From Lobosporangium transversale (lineage: Eukaryota): a stretch of 64,000 bases of DNA. Of this stretch, positions 27,877-41,474 are shown in pieces; within the stretch, counting starts at the first letter, position 1; every line of letters begins with the position of its first letter. The stretch is taken from contig NW_019029005.1 of NCBI RefSeq assembly GCF_002105155.1, forward strand, positions 248,001-312,000, in the 5' to 3' direction. Both the position numbers and the translations under genes were made by a program. The notes beneath the pieces were generated by a model. It saw nothing but the letters and a program-made list of their open reading frames with translations, was not told the origin of the DNA and ran no database searches.

Positions 27877-29395
27877 ATTATAAGTTCACGAAGTCTATGG
27901 TTATCTCAAGGGCATCTGCCTCCTTCTGTCAACTTGAGTACAGCCCCTTTGATAAATAATGTGGCGTCAGATCAAGTATTTATTCCTGAGGCTTGTGGTG
28001 CTGGGACTGAAGCTAGACCAAGAAGATTGCAGTCAAGAAAGACATATTAAATTTTTTTGCAAGTGCTCAAAAAAAAACTGGAACTGTTAAATAACAAAGT
28101 TCTATCAGATTCACAGATACATTTATAATTTCCTACTTAGCAGGATCAAGAATAATGATCAGTTTGCAGCGGTCATTCATCTTGATTAGAAATCTATATT
28201 AACTTCCTACCCTTATATTATGTACACCATTTGCGTTGTCGATGGATGGTGCTTGGAAAATATGAAAAAAATGTTAAAGCTTGGAAAAAGCAACAGTCCT
28301 CATCTAGTTTACGAACGCAACGGAATTATCAAATCTATACAAAAGATAAAAAAAAGCTTCGTTTTTTGCGTTTCCTCTGGTCAAGTTTAGGCTGAATAGT
28401 CGATCGATCGCGAAGCATAAAAAAAACCATTTAGTCTCTCCTGGAACGACGAAAGATGCGTGCAAAAGAAAAAAAAATGGCATGGTGCCATTCTGTTTCT
28501 TTTCAAGCACTCTGATCTTTCACTTTTAAAAAAAGTATCCTTGACCAGCCACAGTCATTTTTACATGCAAGTCAAAAAGTAGTTTTTGTTAGCAGGAGCC
28601 CTCTCCTCAACAAAACATAAATTCAATCAATAAATCTGGGAAGTTTGATTCAGGCCAAATATCTCGTTGGCCCAGGACGGGGGGGGTGTGTGAGCACAAG
28701 CATCAAAGGAAGTTCTCGATTTTCAGCTCGAGATTCCTGGCTTGGCCCTTTTAGATCTTTAATTCTGGGGGTTGGGGAGATGCACTTCCTCCAACTTTTG
28801 TATACTAATGCCATAATTAATTTTTTTTTTCACTCTCACTCATTGCTCTCCCTAAAAAGTAAAGTGTCGAAAGATAAAAAAAAAGCAATAGCCAAGTGGT
28901 ATGCATCCAACGGCGCAGCAGAACGATAAAAAGACTAAAAGAAAAGTATCTACAATCCACAGGTCATTCATCATGTGATGAAGCTTGGAAAAAGAAAAAA
29001 AAAAAAAAAAAAAAAGAAAAAGAAAAAGAAAAAAAAGGCCAAAAAATCATTTTTTCATAAAAAAAAAAAAAAAAATGAAGAAAAAAAAATTGAAAGTGGT
29101 GGATCAAGTTGACAACAGCCATAAAGGAGAGGCTGGGCTGAAGTATTGATAGGTGGTGATGATAATAACAGAGGAAGTGACGAAAATTTTAAACTGCAAG
29201 CTCGATAATCAAAACACAAAAAAAGAACAAAACAGCACAAAAAACGAGGAAGGGTAAGAAAGTGTAGTTGAGCGCGAAACCAAAACTGATGTGCGCAAGG
29301 CGAGGGGCCCCTCCACCGTATTGAGATGGAGGAAGGCCATCGAGGTCCTCAAGGTGGCGGGAAACCACCTGACGATCTCCATCACTTGGGAAGGC

Positions 29396-31690
29396 TTACT
29401 CATTGGCATAGATAGCAATCGAGTTAGAGGCTGTCTGCCAGAATTTGCCATCAGCTGTCTCATTGGCCATAAGATTCAAGCTCGACGTCAGAAAAGATGT
29501 GACAGATGTGGATGGGAGCGAAGACGGATAGTAAGCCATGCTAGTGTCTTCTTCAGCTGCTGTCTGATGAGTATCCTTCTCTAAGTTGGAATCGGCTTGG
29601 TCATTCATGTCCGAACCTCGGCCCATGAAGGTACTACCAGCCTCGTTTGCCTGAAGAAATGATGCAATCAGGTCACTCTGCTGTTGAAAAGTAGGTAAGA
29701 AATCATTGGAGATAGCCTCTTTTGTAGGGGACAGGGGAGCGTGCTCAAAGTTGCTTTCATTCGACTTGGACTCAACAGAGATAGGCTGCGGTTGGAGCAA
29801 ATTGAGCAACTGCTGCTCATGATCGAGAGTTGAGGCAGGAATGGAGGCATGCCCAAGTGGTTGCGCAAAACTCGACATCGCTTTTCCAGAATATTAAGGA
29901 ATTTGTACATTTGACCAGGCCTCATATGTTCAACCAACATCTGAAAACGAGCGTCATCGAAAATAAGAGACTTTGGTGGCGTTGTGGGTGGAGTAGGAGT
30001 TGAGGTCTGGCTCAACATTGAGGCAGGAGCCGCGCTGAACATCAAGTTAGAGAAAGGTACACTACCCAAAGCAGTTGGAGGAAGCGAATAAAGACTCATT
30101 GGTGGCATGGTAGGAACCTCGGCATTAGTGAGAGGAGAGCATACAGAGCTATTTGACGAAAATGAGCCACCGTCACTTGTCAATAGAGGCGATTCGGATG
30201 AGAGAGACTGGAGTTCAGCTGATGAGGGTGAACCATTGGTATAAGGGGACTTGATACAAGCGGAGAATGTCGGACTTGACGAAGCAAATGTTTGAGACTG
30301 TACTACTGTGGAAGCATTTGCACTATCGTCAGTCCTATGATGTACACGCTGCTCATCTTGAGACTTGCCGCTCGATTCATACTTTCGGAGGTCGACAATG
30401 CTTTGACGCTTTGCTCTTGTCCTGTAGCTCCACGGGCGCGAGCGGCTGATTCAATTTCAACATCCATGTTTTTGGATGAGGACGTAATGAGAGAGGACGA
30501 TAAAACCGAAGTATCCAACTTAGGTGCCAGAATGGCCCTATAAAGTGATGATTTTGGAGATGGGGTAAGAGTATAAGGGGCAGATGACTCGCGCTGTTGA
30601 CCCTGACTTAAAGATGGCTTCTGGCGGACATAAGAGGACGATGACCGTTGTACTGTTTGTAATATAGTCCACAAGCATTGCACAATGAATGCTTGCGATC
30701 CAAAGTACGACGCCACAATGGCGTTTGGGTAACCTTGCAGTTGAAGCATTCGAGAGTACGAGGAGGCCGCGAGCTCTGCTTTTTTGTTTTCTGGGTTTTG
30801 GAACCTGCCTTTTGAAGTGCAGCTGCGAGGCTCCAAACATCATCTTTGGAACTGGAGTCCAAGTCTGCGGAAGAAACGTTATCGAGAGTGCTTGCACTGG
30901 TTTTGGGAGCCAAGATAGGAGACGAAGTTTTGGTCAAATCATATTCTCCGAAAGCATCCTCACCATTCTTGGTAGATGTTGTTTGCTGCTGTTTAGATGC
31001 TTGCTGTTGCTGGAGCTGGAGCTGTGCCTGCATCAAGAGCTTTTGCTGATACTGCTGTTGCTGGAACTGCTGCTGATGTTTAAGCAATTGTAAGCGAAAG
31101 TACTCTTGTTGCTCAGGTGTAGGTTGTAGATCATCATCATCATCTATGCTCGAGCGGATGGTCGATGGCCTCCATGACAATGTGCTTGACGAGAGGGTTG
31201 ATGATTTGCTGGAGAGCGATGCTGATTGTTGAGTCTGACTCTGGAGCTCCTGAAGCTTTTGCAGAGCCTCCAACGTCTTGGCACCTGTGAGAGATGATGA
31301 AGAAAACGAATCAAAGGGTTAATAAATGGAACAAGTGAGACGCTGTGAGAAGATGGAGCTATGTCTGATATTACAAAGCTCCTAAAAGACTTTGACGTAC
31401 CTGAGATATTTCGAAGAATAGTCGCTGCCAGATCTTGAATGGGAGCGTCTGGTTTTGTGACGGTATCACGCGAAGCAATGGTCTGGAGAATAAGCTTACG
31501 AGACTGGTTGAGCAAGTGTTGCTGGATCAGTTTCTCCGCATCGAGGGTAGTACGAGCCTTAGCACTGGGCGAGTCAATGTCCATATTAGTAGGCATGTCG
31601 GCCTCAGGTAAATGGATAATTGTAGAAAACTTCAGAAACTGGGTAATATCTATGACAGAAGCACGTAAAGAGAACGGCGTTAGTTGATGG
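29396..31690 (-). CDS. GATA zinc-finger transcription factor (frameshifted; start unresolved)
   Basis: CFNCKVTQTPLWRRTLDRKHSLCNACGLYYKQYNGHRP motif; intron ~31286-31400; Gln/Ser-rich flanks. Confidence 0.9.
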
Positions 31691-34600
31691 TGGATTAGAA
31701 AGCAACTGAGTGGAGGTCACGTTATTTAGGGTTCAAGGTTAAATAGGTTAGAGGAGGAACATAAACAAAAAGCACGCCATCTCGGGACATATCGCAGCGG
31801 GCACAGTTGCACTGGCTGATTGCACATATTACCAATGATAATTAGGCAAAGCTCTGTGTTAATAAAAAAAAAAAAAAAAAAAAAAAATAGGAAGACACAT
31901 AAACAAGCAAAGAGAGGAATATGGAAGAACGAGAAAAGAAAATAAAGAACAAGAGGGATATCAAATTTATTGCAGAAAAGATTTTTACCTTCGATCAGAA
32001 AGAGAAAGTTTGTATAAAAAAAAAAAAAAAAAAAAAAAAAAACTACAACCACTTAATGGATGAATTTGCGAGGAAAGCTGTCTGTGGGTATATATGTGGG
32101 TATATGTGCGCGTAGTGCGAGTGTGGAAGAATAGTTGCTGGTATAAATAGTAGAAAGTTTGGTCGAAGTGGGAAGAAAGAGAAGAAAGGAAGCGGCGTGT
32201 TGGTTCGATAAGAAGAGAAAGAGAGGAACAGAAAGAAAAAAAGGACGAACATTGTTCGTAGTACTTCAGCTACTCTTTATATAACCGCTCGGGTCAGACC
32301 TATGGCAATGCTCTCGACCATTTTTACCTGTCTGCTCAAATGTGATACAAAAAAAAAAAATCTGTAGCCATGATTGAATACAAATGAATAACAGATGGTT
32401 GGGGTCTGCTCTTGATTTGTCACCTTTCTAGAGTAGATTTTATTGTTTACAGATTGAAACGCATTGGGGCCATTCTTTTTTCTTTCCAATTGAGTTGTGT
32501 AAAAAGTGTAGACACAGAAAAAACTTTTACACAACGTGTGTAAGCAACTTGGTGACATAAAAATATAAAACACCTTTCATAACCCAGTGGTCGCACCAAA
32601 ATATCGGTTCATTCTTAAGCTACCGTGTCCCCACTCAACATTATCATTTATGAAAGCTAACATGAAGATTCAAATGCATCATGTATCGATATTGCAGCTT
32701 TTTTATTTTATTTATATTATTCTTTTTTTTTATTTCAATTACCTTCGCGACTAAAGCCATCAAGATATCATCAATGCTGTTCTCTATGAATGATTAAAAT
32801 GGCACCTAACCTCTGTTCTTGACTGACGCTGGCAAATTGGAGCATGTATATACATTAATTTAAAAAAATTTGCCGCACTTTTTTTGTTGTTGTTCAACAG
32901 GTCAGGGAACCAATTGAGTGAGTCCAGTCGCGGTAAAGAAAAAAGGGGTTGAACAGAATAACTCAAAAAGAGATGGCGGCAGCCAATCAGATCTCAGGAA
33001 TACTAGAAAACGCGTCATTTCGACCATCGTTGCTTGGTTGCAAAAAATAATGCACGTAGTCACTCTAACAGGTTTCCATCTGTGCCTGTGCTCTCGTTAT
33101 GTTCCGTCAAACATTGCGACTACATTCATCTCAACACGCCCAACTGAGCTATAATGGAACAGCTCTCTATAACATGTATCAATATAAAGCCCTATTCAAT
33201 CAGTTGCAGGAAATTTCATGTGGCCTCTAGATGAATTCATAATGAGTGAAGTAATAAAGAAAAAAAACAGTGATACGCCAGAGTTCTTACCCGCTACCTT
33301 CTGCATTATACATGTACTATTACTTTCCTCAAAGAAAAAACGTCAATGTGTCGAGCACGCTGTCGTGCATAATATACTCCACGAGTATTTTTTATAATTC
33401 TGTTTAGACCTAGCAAGCTTTTGTTCAAATGTATCTCACTTTACCTTCTCCACCTCTTTGTGTCCCAAACATTGAGACATGATTTATGTGCATGGTGTCT
33501 CAATGATCCGACTTGAATAAAACTCAGTATGTATACATGTATATATCAAGAGCAAACATGACCCATGATTAACAAATTGCTCTCACCAAGCGTTTTGTTT
33601 TTGTATCACGTCTGTTCTAAAAAGAATTAACCTAGATGGTAAAATCGTGCTTGTTTACTTTTGATGCATGTTCCAGAAATTGTTTTTGGTAGCTTTTGAT
33701 CTTTCATAATACGCATGCTCAATCTCATCTTCTATGGATGGTACAGTCAAGAGACCAAAGTAAGGCGGAAAGAGTACCATTAAGGTTGAAAATATCGTGA
33801 CCCATAATGACTGAAACAAATAGATAGCCCTATTGTGAAGCCCTTTGCTCTTTTTATTTGCCCTGTTTTGAAGAACTATAAAAATGGTGGCATTTAGTTT
33901 TGATTAGTATTTGCAACAGACATTCACTTTATTAGGGGCCTCGCTGCACCCTTACCAGTCAATGCCTCCAATATCCCTGCTACATGATAGACAAGGGATG
34001 AACGCACGTCCATAGATAACACGGCCATAGAAAACACGGCCATAGAAGTGGAGATTATCTTGTGTGGCTGTTAATAAACACGTGCTGCTTGTTATTACAA
34101 TAAGGGATGACAAGAGATGTAGTGAAGTAGTGAAAGCCATCTTCATCCGCTATTGCATGACTGAGTCAGAAACATTGTCAGATGGAGGAAGTGAGAGACC
34201 CGTAGGAGTCGTGTAATTGCTGGCATGACATCCAGAGCTTATTGAGCTCTGTGGAATAAAGAACCAGAGCCACTGTATCACAATATATACAAAAGCTATC
34301 CGGATTAAAAGGTCTTGCACGAAGAAAGCAAAGCAAATCTAATGCACGCTAGTAGACTTTTTTACGTGACCGAGTATCTATGATGTGTTGCTAGGTATCA
34401 TCCACTCGTCTAGATACCTTGGCCATCAAATTCCTGAGCAAACTCAGACCATTCCCTTCATAAGACCTTAGCGACATACTCGTTCTTATCCTTTTAAGGA
34501 ACATGATTAAGACTCAAAACGACAACTTTTACTCTTTATCCGACGCAGTATCTATGCTCCATGTAACTCTGGTCATCTATAAGGATCCGGTTGCACTTGA

Positions 34601-34748
34601 CTATTAAACAATCCTTACTCTGACTCAATTGAAAGCCGAGAGTATTAAACCTTTTCCTTTAACAACCCATTCCCAATCGCGTAGGCTATCTGAATTTCGG
34701 CCATTATCTACTTGACTACCATTCAAAGGTAGTTGAGAATACTTGAGG

Positions 34749-34779
<31 letters not shown>

Positions 34780-35404
34780 TTTTCCACAAACCTTTCAAAA
34801 ATAGTTCGTCAAAAATAGAAATATAAACCTCGCTTAGGAATCATAGCACCCGATTGTTGTGCTTGTATACTATGGCCCTCCAGTGCAAAGTACCTTTTTC
34901 ATACGCCACTTAACTATTCCAGCCCCTTAGTTATCAATCTTCTACAGCTTTTTTTATTTTTTTACTTCTCGCTACCTTTATTATTGCGAGACAAAGGGAG
35001 CTGAAGATTGCTGTGGAATTGACAGCAACCTCCGGAGAAAAAACCAATTGGCCAAAAATTAAAAAAACGATGAAAATTAAAATGCCGGTATGCAGATCCA
35101 ATAGGAAAATAGTCCAGCTGGAAAAACCGGCACACTTGTGTCCTTCGGTTGCAAGTCTTCCGGTTGTCTTGGGGTGATCAGTTTCTCTATCATAATAATC
35201 GAATATATATTTTCTTCAGATCTCTTCTCTCTTTTGATCTCTTTCCCCGTAATTCTTTTTCTCTTTTTCTCTTCTCTTCTCTCTTCTCTCTCCATTTTTT
35301 TTTTTTTTTCTTCATCATTCATTTATAATCCAGCCTTGACATTTGTTCTTCGCTTCCTAATCATTCCTTCCCAGTCTTTTTCATACGCATCGCACATTCT
35401 CAAC

Positions 35405-36518
35405 ATGATGTCAACAGATCAAATCACACCATTCCAGGTGCTTTGGAAGAGTCGACCTCATTTATTACAACCAACAATTTCGCTGCGCTGGATTGAAGGC
35501 ACAACCGAATGTAGACACATTGAATCTCTCTTTCTTCTTGTCGATGGACGCACGCGATGCACACTTGAAGCAACTCCTCAAAGTTTTCCCACATCTCAAA
35601 GATAAAAGCAGAGTTGTTCGCTATGCAAACATTAAAATGGATCAGCATTATCCCGAAAACTACAGACACGTCGCTGATGCTCGCAGCAGACGCGGAACGC
35701 GCCCTCATTTTGGTCAGTTGCTCCGTGTGGAGACAAGGTTCGTCAATATGGGCAATACCAGTGTCAAGTTCCAGCACCGTTTCTTGACTGTGCCTCAGTC
35801 GCAAGCCAGTCGTGACTTCAATAACAGGGATGAGGACATACTGTATACTGAGCTAAAGGAAGGTGATGAGCCCGAGAGACTGATTGCTAGCGCAGAAGGG
35901 GCTCTTGTTTTTATCAAGTGGCAGGAAGATGATAAAGGCCACCGCTTCTTCAAACCCACACAAGGTGTCTTTCATAATCTTGACCTAGCTGCTCCAAAAG
36001 TAATTCACTTTCTGAGGGAGACTGCTCCTGAAAGGCGGCCATCTGGTTCTGCACGCCCCAAGAATGCCTTTCGTGTACAGATTCATCTTCGCAAGTCGGA
36101 TGAAGACGAATTAGGCCATGTCACCAATTCTCGTTACGTATCATTAATCCATGATGTTTTGACGTTTGGACTTCGCACCGGATACTACGCTAATGGAGCA
36201 GGGATTTCTCAAACGCCCAACGACCTACACGTCATTCCATCACATTCAGGAACAAATGAGTCAGACATCGCAGTACCCGCAGGATCAATGTTCTATAAAC
36301 GAGGAACTATCTATGAGCTCTATGTTGGGTACGAGCGAGAATTAAAGGTCAAACCAGGAGTCTATGTTTGGAGCTGGGTGGAGCAAGATAAAATCCAGGA
36401 TGAGTATGATGTGATACGGTTTGAGATTTGTTCGACCGAGGATGACGGCCAGGAGCAAGTAGTGTCTTTGTCGCGCGCCATCGTAAAAGAGGATACCACC
36501 ACACGCCCATCGCTCTAA
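35405..36518 (+). CDS. Double hot-dog-fold thioesterase (acyl-ACP/acyl-CoA thioesterase-like), intronless
   Basis: N-terminal VETRFVNMGNTSVKFQHRF hot-dog strand pattern; C-terminal LRKSDEDELGHVTNSRY resembles the thioesterase D-x-x-x-H-V-N-N-x-x-Y motif. One frameshift near 35490. Confidence 0.7.
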
Positions 36519-37208
36519 TAAGACTAACTGAATAGACAGCATTTTGATGTACAACTTGTACACTTTAGATTGATTATATTTTCCATTAGGCATATTTAAA
36601 TAGACATTAATAAAGTTATATATTTTAATTCAGCATGTGAAGTAAAGGGAACCGTATAAATTTGTTACTATCCAAAAGTAAGCGGTACTTTGGGTCGAAA
36701 CTTTGGATGTCTTGCTTGAGATATCACGGAAAGACTATGTGGACTAATCAGTCTCATCTGTAAGAAAACTGACAACGTCTAAAAACTAAAATCACGTTGG
36801 ATAACGCAGTAGAAAAAAGGACTGTGATAGTCTATCGCTGATGATACTGACGGCAGACTCGACTAGCAAGTTGAATACTTGAAAGGTTTGAAAAACTTCG
36901 CTTCTGGGAGTCGCATCCATCAACACTCTCGGTTCTACTTGTAATAACCACATCTTCAATTAAAAAACTTTTTGAGCTTTATCTGCAGAAAATAAAAATT
37001 AGGGCCAGATTGCGCCATTAAGGGTCAGGAATCCACTTGTTTATTGCTTTCTTTTTTGTGAGTAACATGAATCTGTTTGTTGACGGTTTCTTGGACCTTC
37101 ATCGATTGCTCTTCAACATCGCCAACATTCGGCACAGGACAATAAGAGACAGGAGCTGTAAATACATTGGCTACAATCCTATTCAACAATAGCATTCCCT
37201 AATCAGCC

Positions 37209-37927
37209 ATGGCGGAGAATTTCGACGTCGTTACAACATACAAGAGCTTATTGCTTAACTCACCTGTACGGAAGGTTTTATTAACTTGTCTGTTTTCCCT
37301 TCACAGAACACTTGGCAACGAATAACTTCATTTCAATACCTGCTGATATGGATTCGCGTTCCCCCATATGGTTTTTAGGAGCTTTCCATGCCAGTGGCAG
37401 CTATTCAGTCCTTAGTTGAACTCATCAAGCATTCGAAAGGCAAGCTCTCTTGGTTTTGTCTTGCATGACTTTCGTTAGCATTAATATATTTACATTATCT
37501 TCACGTTGCTTTCGGGAAAATCTTCGCCAACTCTTATTCCCTATCCAACAGCCACAACCATGTCTGAGTTCATGCTTTCAATAAAGGATGCAAGCCAGCA
37601 GCTCAAGTCATCTGTCCGCAATTCGATATCGCTTTCGGCAGGTTGCGATCTATTTTTACGATTCGTGACCAGAAAACTCACAAGATGTAGCAGACTTTGA
37701 GATCTGGAAAAAGACGCTCATTATACGTGGTCAGAGCTTTGTAGAGAAGGCTGATGCGTGTCGTTACAAGATTGCAGATTTAGGCGTGCCTTTTATTAAG
37801 GATGGAAGCGTGGTCTTGATCCATGCCCATTCGCGCGTGGTTTCCCTGTTATTGCAGAAGGCTGCAGAGAACCACAAACGATTTAAGGTGTTTGTCACAG
37901 AGTCAAGTCAGACACAAGGAGGGTAGG

Positions 37928-37962
<35 letters not shown>

Positions 37963-38702
37963 GTGGATTGTTGTGGTGGCGCTGCTTTTTCTTATACTAT
38001 GACTCATTTATTGTATGTGCGTTTGTACAACGGCTTTCCCTGTAGTATCCGATCTGCTAAAGTCCTTCGTGCTGCAGGAATCCCTACAACTATCATCTTG
38101 GATGCTGCTGTCGGATATGTGATTGACAAGGTTGACATGGTTCTTGTCGGTGCTGAGGGGTTGTGGAAAATGGAGGTTTAATCAATCAGATTGGATCATA
38201 CCAAATGGCAATTGTGGCCAAAGCTGCCAATAAACCTTTTTATGCCGTTGCAGAAAGGTATTCATATGGCTGCCATGTACAATCAAAGGCATTTTACTAT
38301 TTTATCTTACAGTTTCGCAAAGTACATTGTGACTCTTGAATTAATTTTATCTATTGGTTTCCCTTTCGTTTTTCTAGCTACAAGTTTGTGCGTCTATTCC
38401 CTTTGAATCAATATGATCTCCCCACTTATAACGCGGACACGCTATCATTCCAAGAATTAAATGTCGACCAAAGTTCTCTGACAAAGGAGGATGGCACCAT
38501 CCCCGCGGTATCAACATCTTCCACAGGTTCAGCGCCATCACAGACAGCGTTGCATATGAAGACATCTGAAGACAGAGCTTCACAGGGCTCGAACCCGTTA
38601 GTAGATTACACACCTCCTAGCTATATCACATTGCTTTTCACGGATCTGGGCGTCCTCACACCTTCTGGCGTTTCAGATGAGCTCATCAAATTGTACTTGT
38701 AA
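37209..38702 (+). CDS. GCN3: Translation initiation factor eIF2B alpha subunit
   Basis: [54 protein letters not shown] and [32 protein letters not shown] motifs; multiple GT-AG introns. Confidence 0.95.
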
Positions 38703-41474
38703 AGAAACAGCTGTTACTGAGTAAAGATCAAGGCATTGTTAATTCATTGAACAAACAAACAAACAAATAACAGAGAACACGTAATAGTCCTGACATTCCA
38801 AATGCTGACTCAAAATTTAATGCATACTTGAGAGAGGCTGTGCGTGCATGTGTATGCTTATGACAGATCAACTTGGGTGTCTGTAAGCCCTACTTTGCTT
38901 GGCTTCGTCGTCCTCTTGCATAATTTATCAAATCGTGTAAATGGAAAAAAACAGATGGGTCATGTACATGTTCTTCTGCAAAAACATTACTTTGCGTTGG
39001 TTGAGAAAACATGAAGGGGTAGCTCTGGAGGATGACCTAGAGGAGAAGACCAAGAACAGGGATAGTCTTGAGCTACAATCGATAGGAGTCTAGATCTAAT
39101 AAGTGATGGTGCCACACGTTTTTCCAGAACTTTGGTGTGTAAAGCTGATCAGAGGAGATCAGACGCGTTCTTTGTTTTCTGATGTGGCGACTAAAGGGAT
39201 CTGTACGAAAAGATTTTTGACAAACGCTGTGATATGCAAGAAAAAACAAGAAAGGCATGTCATGAGAATGCCAACCAGAATTTGCTCACCATTAATGTAG
39301 ATTTGCGCCTTCAGAGAGTGTGGCGGGGCGAGATGAGAATAATGGTGCATCTATCGCTTCTTTTATGTCATAGATGAGCATCTCAGAAGAAGGTAAAAAC
39401 GGATACGTTTCTGCTCCGAGTACCACTACCCTTCCCCACATATGCCTTGGTAAAGAAAGGAAAGAAAGCAAGAGACAGAGATAGCTGGGCCAGAATCGTC
39501 TATTGGAAAGAAATATCACAGCTCAATTTACACATGTGTGCATATTCATATTCACATAAACGAATTTCCACAAGGGCCGTTACTAAGAGGCAAATGCTTA
39601 TCAGTGAATATTGGATACACCAATTCAAAATTCAAAATATGCATGTCAAAAGCCCCACGTTCGGATGGTCTGTGTATTTTGTGTTTGTCGTCCATGTAAA
39701 AGTGCACAACATTCACAAGAAAAAAAAAAACGAGGGAAAGAACATCCATCTTTGTGAACACAAACGGCATATCAAATCTAGACAGAGAAAAGAGGCGAAG
39801 ACGAATAAATGAAATGGAAAGGACTTAAGAAATTGACTATTAAAGTGGAGCATCAATGATAATGCTAATGCAGCCATCATCACCATCCATGTCATCCTAC
39901 ATTTTTTTTTTTTTTTTTTTTTTTTTGAGTATCGATCATAATGCCTCGCCTCTTTGTTCCTCTCATTTGTTATTGATCCAACGCCCAAAAGACGGAGTTC
40001 AGGGTTGTGCAAAAAAAAAAAAAAAAAAAAAAAGAAAACAAAACAAAACCAAAAAGGGGAGGATTTTTTGCACCGCTCACTGACTGCATACCTTACTCTG
40101 ATCAAACTCCTTCTCATGATCATTGAGGGATTGAAAATGAAGATGTAAATGAGGAAAAGGAGAATGGCTATTGTAAATAGGTGGCAATAATGAAGACGAT
40201 GCTCAGTAGTGAAAGTAATAGAAGTAATAGCTTATAATTAATAATTAGTTAGTAGTTAGTAGTTAGTAGTTAGTGGTTCGTAATTAATAATTAGTAATTA
40301 GGTATTAACAATAAAAATATACACATTCTTGTTGGCGATTTGATTTGCATGGTGTATATCGCAACCATTGAATGTCCACAAAAACGTGTAGTGAGGGAAG
40401 CACACCATGCGACCAACCTCATTGACAAACCATGCAAACCATGCAACCATGTCGAATCATGCAACGCCTTTTTTTTTTTGTCTTTTTTTCTTTTCTTTGT
40501 CAGAGTAAGAGAGAAGCCATTGGTTTTTCTTTTTGTTTCTCAGTCTCAACTGTTGTTTGAAAAGTCATTCCTAACCATTGCTCTGTTGTTTCCTGATCTT
40601 AATTTTTACCAAAATATAAAAGATTTTTTTTTTAAGGAGCAACTGCTGACCTGTTTCGACTAGTGGCTACTTGCACCCTAACACTACCCAACCTAAACCC
40701 AAGAAGAGCACAAAGCACCTTGTGCCTGTGCATGCACCTACTACTTACCCCTTCCCCCCATTCAAACTATACCCATCCAGTATACACCATTGGATTTGGA
40801 TTCGACACCATTCAATACCTTCTGGTTTACATACAATCTACCAAAGTATCTCTCTCCATCCTGTCTTTTCTCTGCTCTTTTCTTCTGCTTTCTTTCTTTC
40901 TTTCTTTTTTTCTTTCTTTCTCTTCCTCTCTCCTTCCCCTTTGCTTTTTACTCCCCTCACTTCCATCCCTCCTTCCTTATCCCAAGCATTTACTAACACC
41001 ATCCTTGTACTTTTCTTGCTCCTTCCTTGCCCACTTCCTGGGCGTATTTAATCATTCTCTCTCCCCTTCACTTCCTTCCCCTTTTCCTTTTTATCCCTAC
41101 ATCTCCTTGTTCCTGCCTTTTTTTTTATTTTTTTCTTTATTTTTTTTCTTATTTTTTTCCCTTCTCAGCTCACTTCCGTCAGTGCAGGGTGATTTGCATA
41201 GATTACTTTATTTTTTTTCTTGTTCTTGCTCACTTGCAGTTTGTGAGGTCAGTTTTGTCAGCCAGCTCTTGTTAACTGAGCACGCACCGGAAACGAGAGC
41301 AGTACAGCACAATAAAAAAAAAACAGATATAAAAAAAAGAGAGACAAGAGGTGTCCTATCAACTTCTCTAACAGTACGATTCAAGGACGCGACGAAAAAA
41401 AATAAAAAAAAGAAAAAAGAAAAAAAGAAAAAAGAAAAAGAGTATATTCATCCGGCGAAAGAGCAAAAGAAAAG

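Noticed and set aside
26900..28900. Possible transposon relic in the Myb-GATA intergenic region
   Set aside because: No ORF, motif or terminal repeat could be supported.
34005..34050. Three ~15-bp tandem repeats (ACACGGCCATAGA..)
   Set aside because: Too short, no spacers, and no associated genes.
40245..40275. (TAGTTAG)n short tandem repeat resembling telomeric or CRISPR-like repeats
   Set aside because: Simple microsatellite; no spacers, and not a TTAGGG array.
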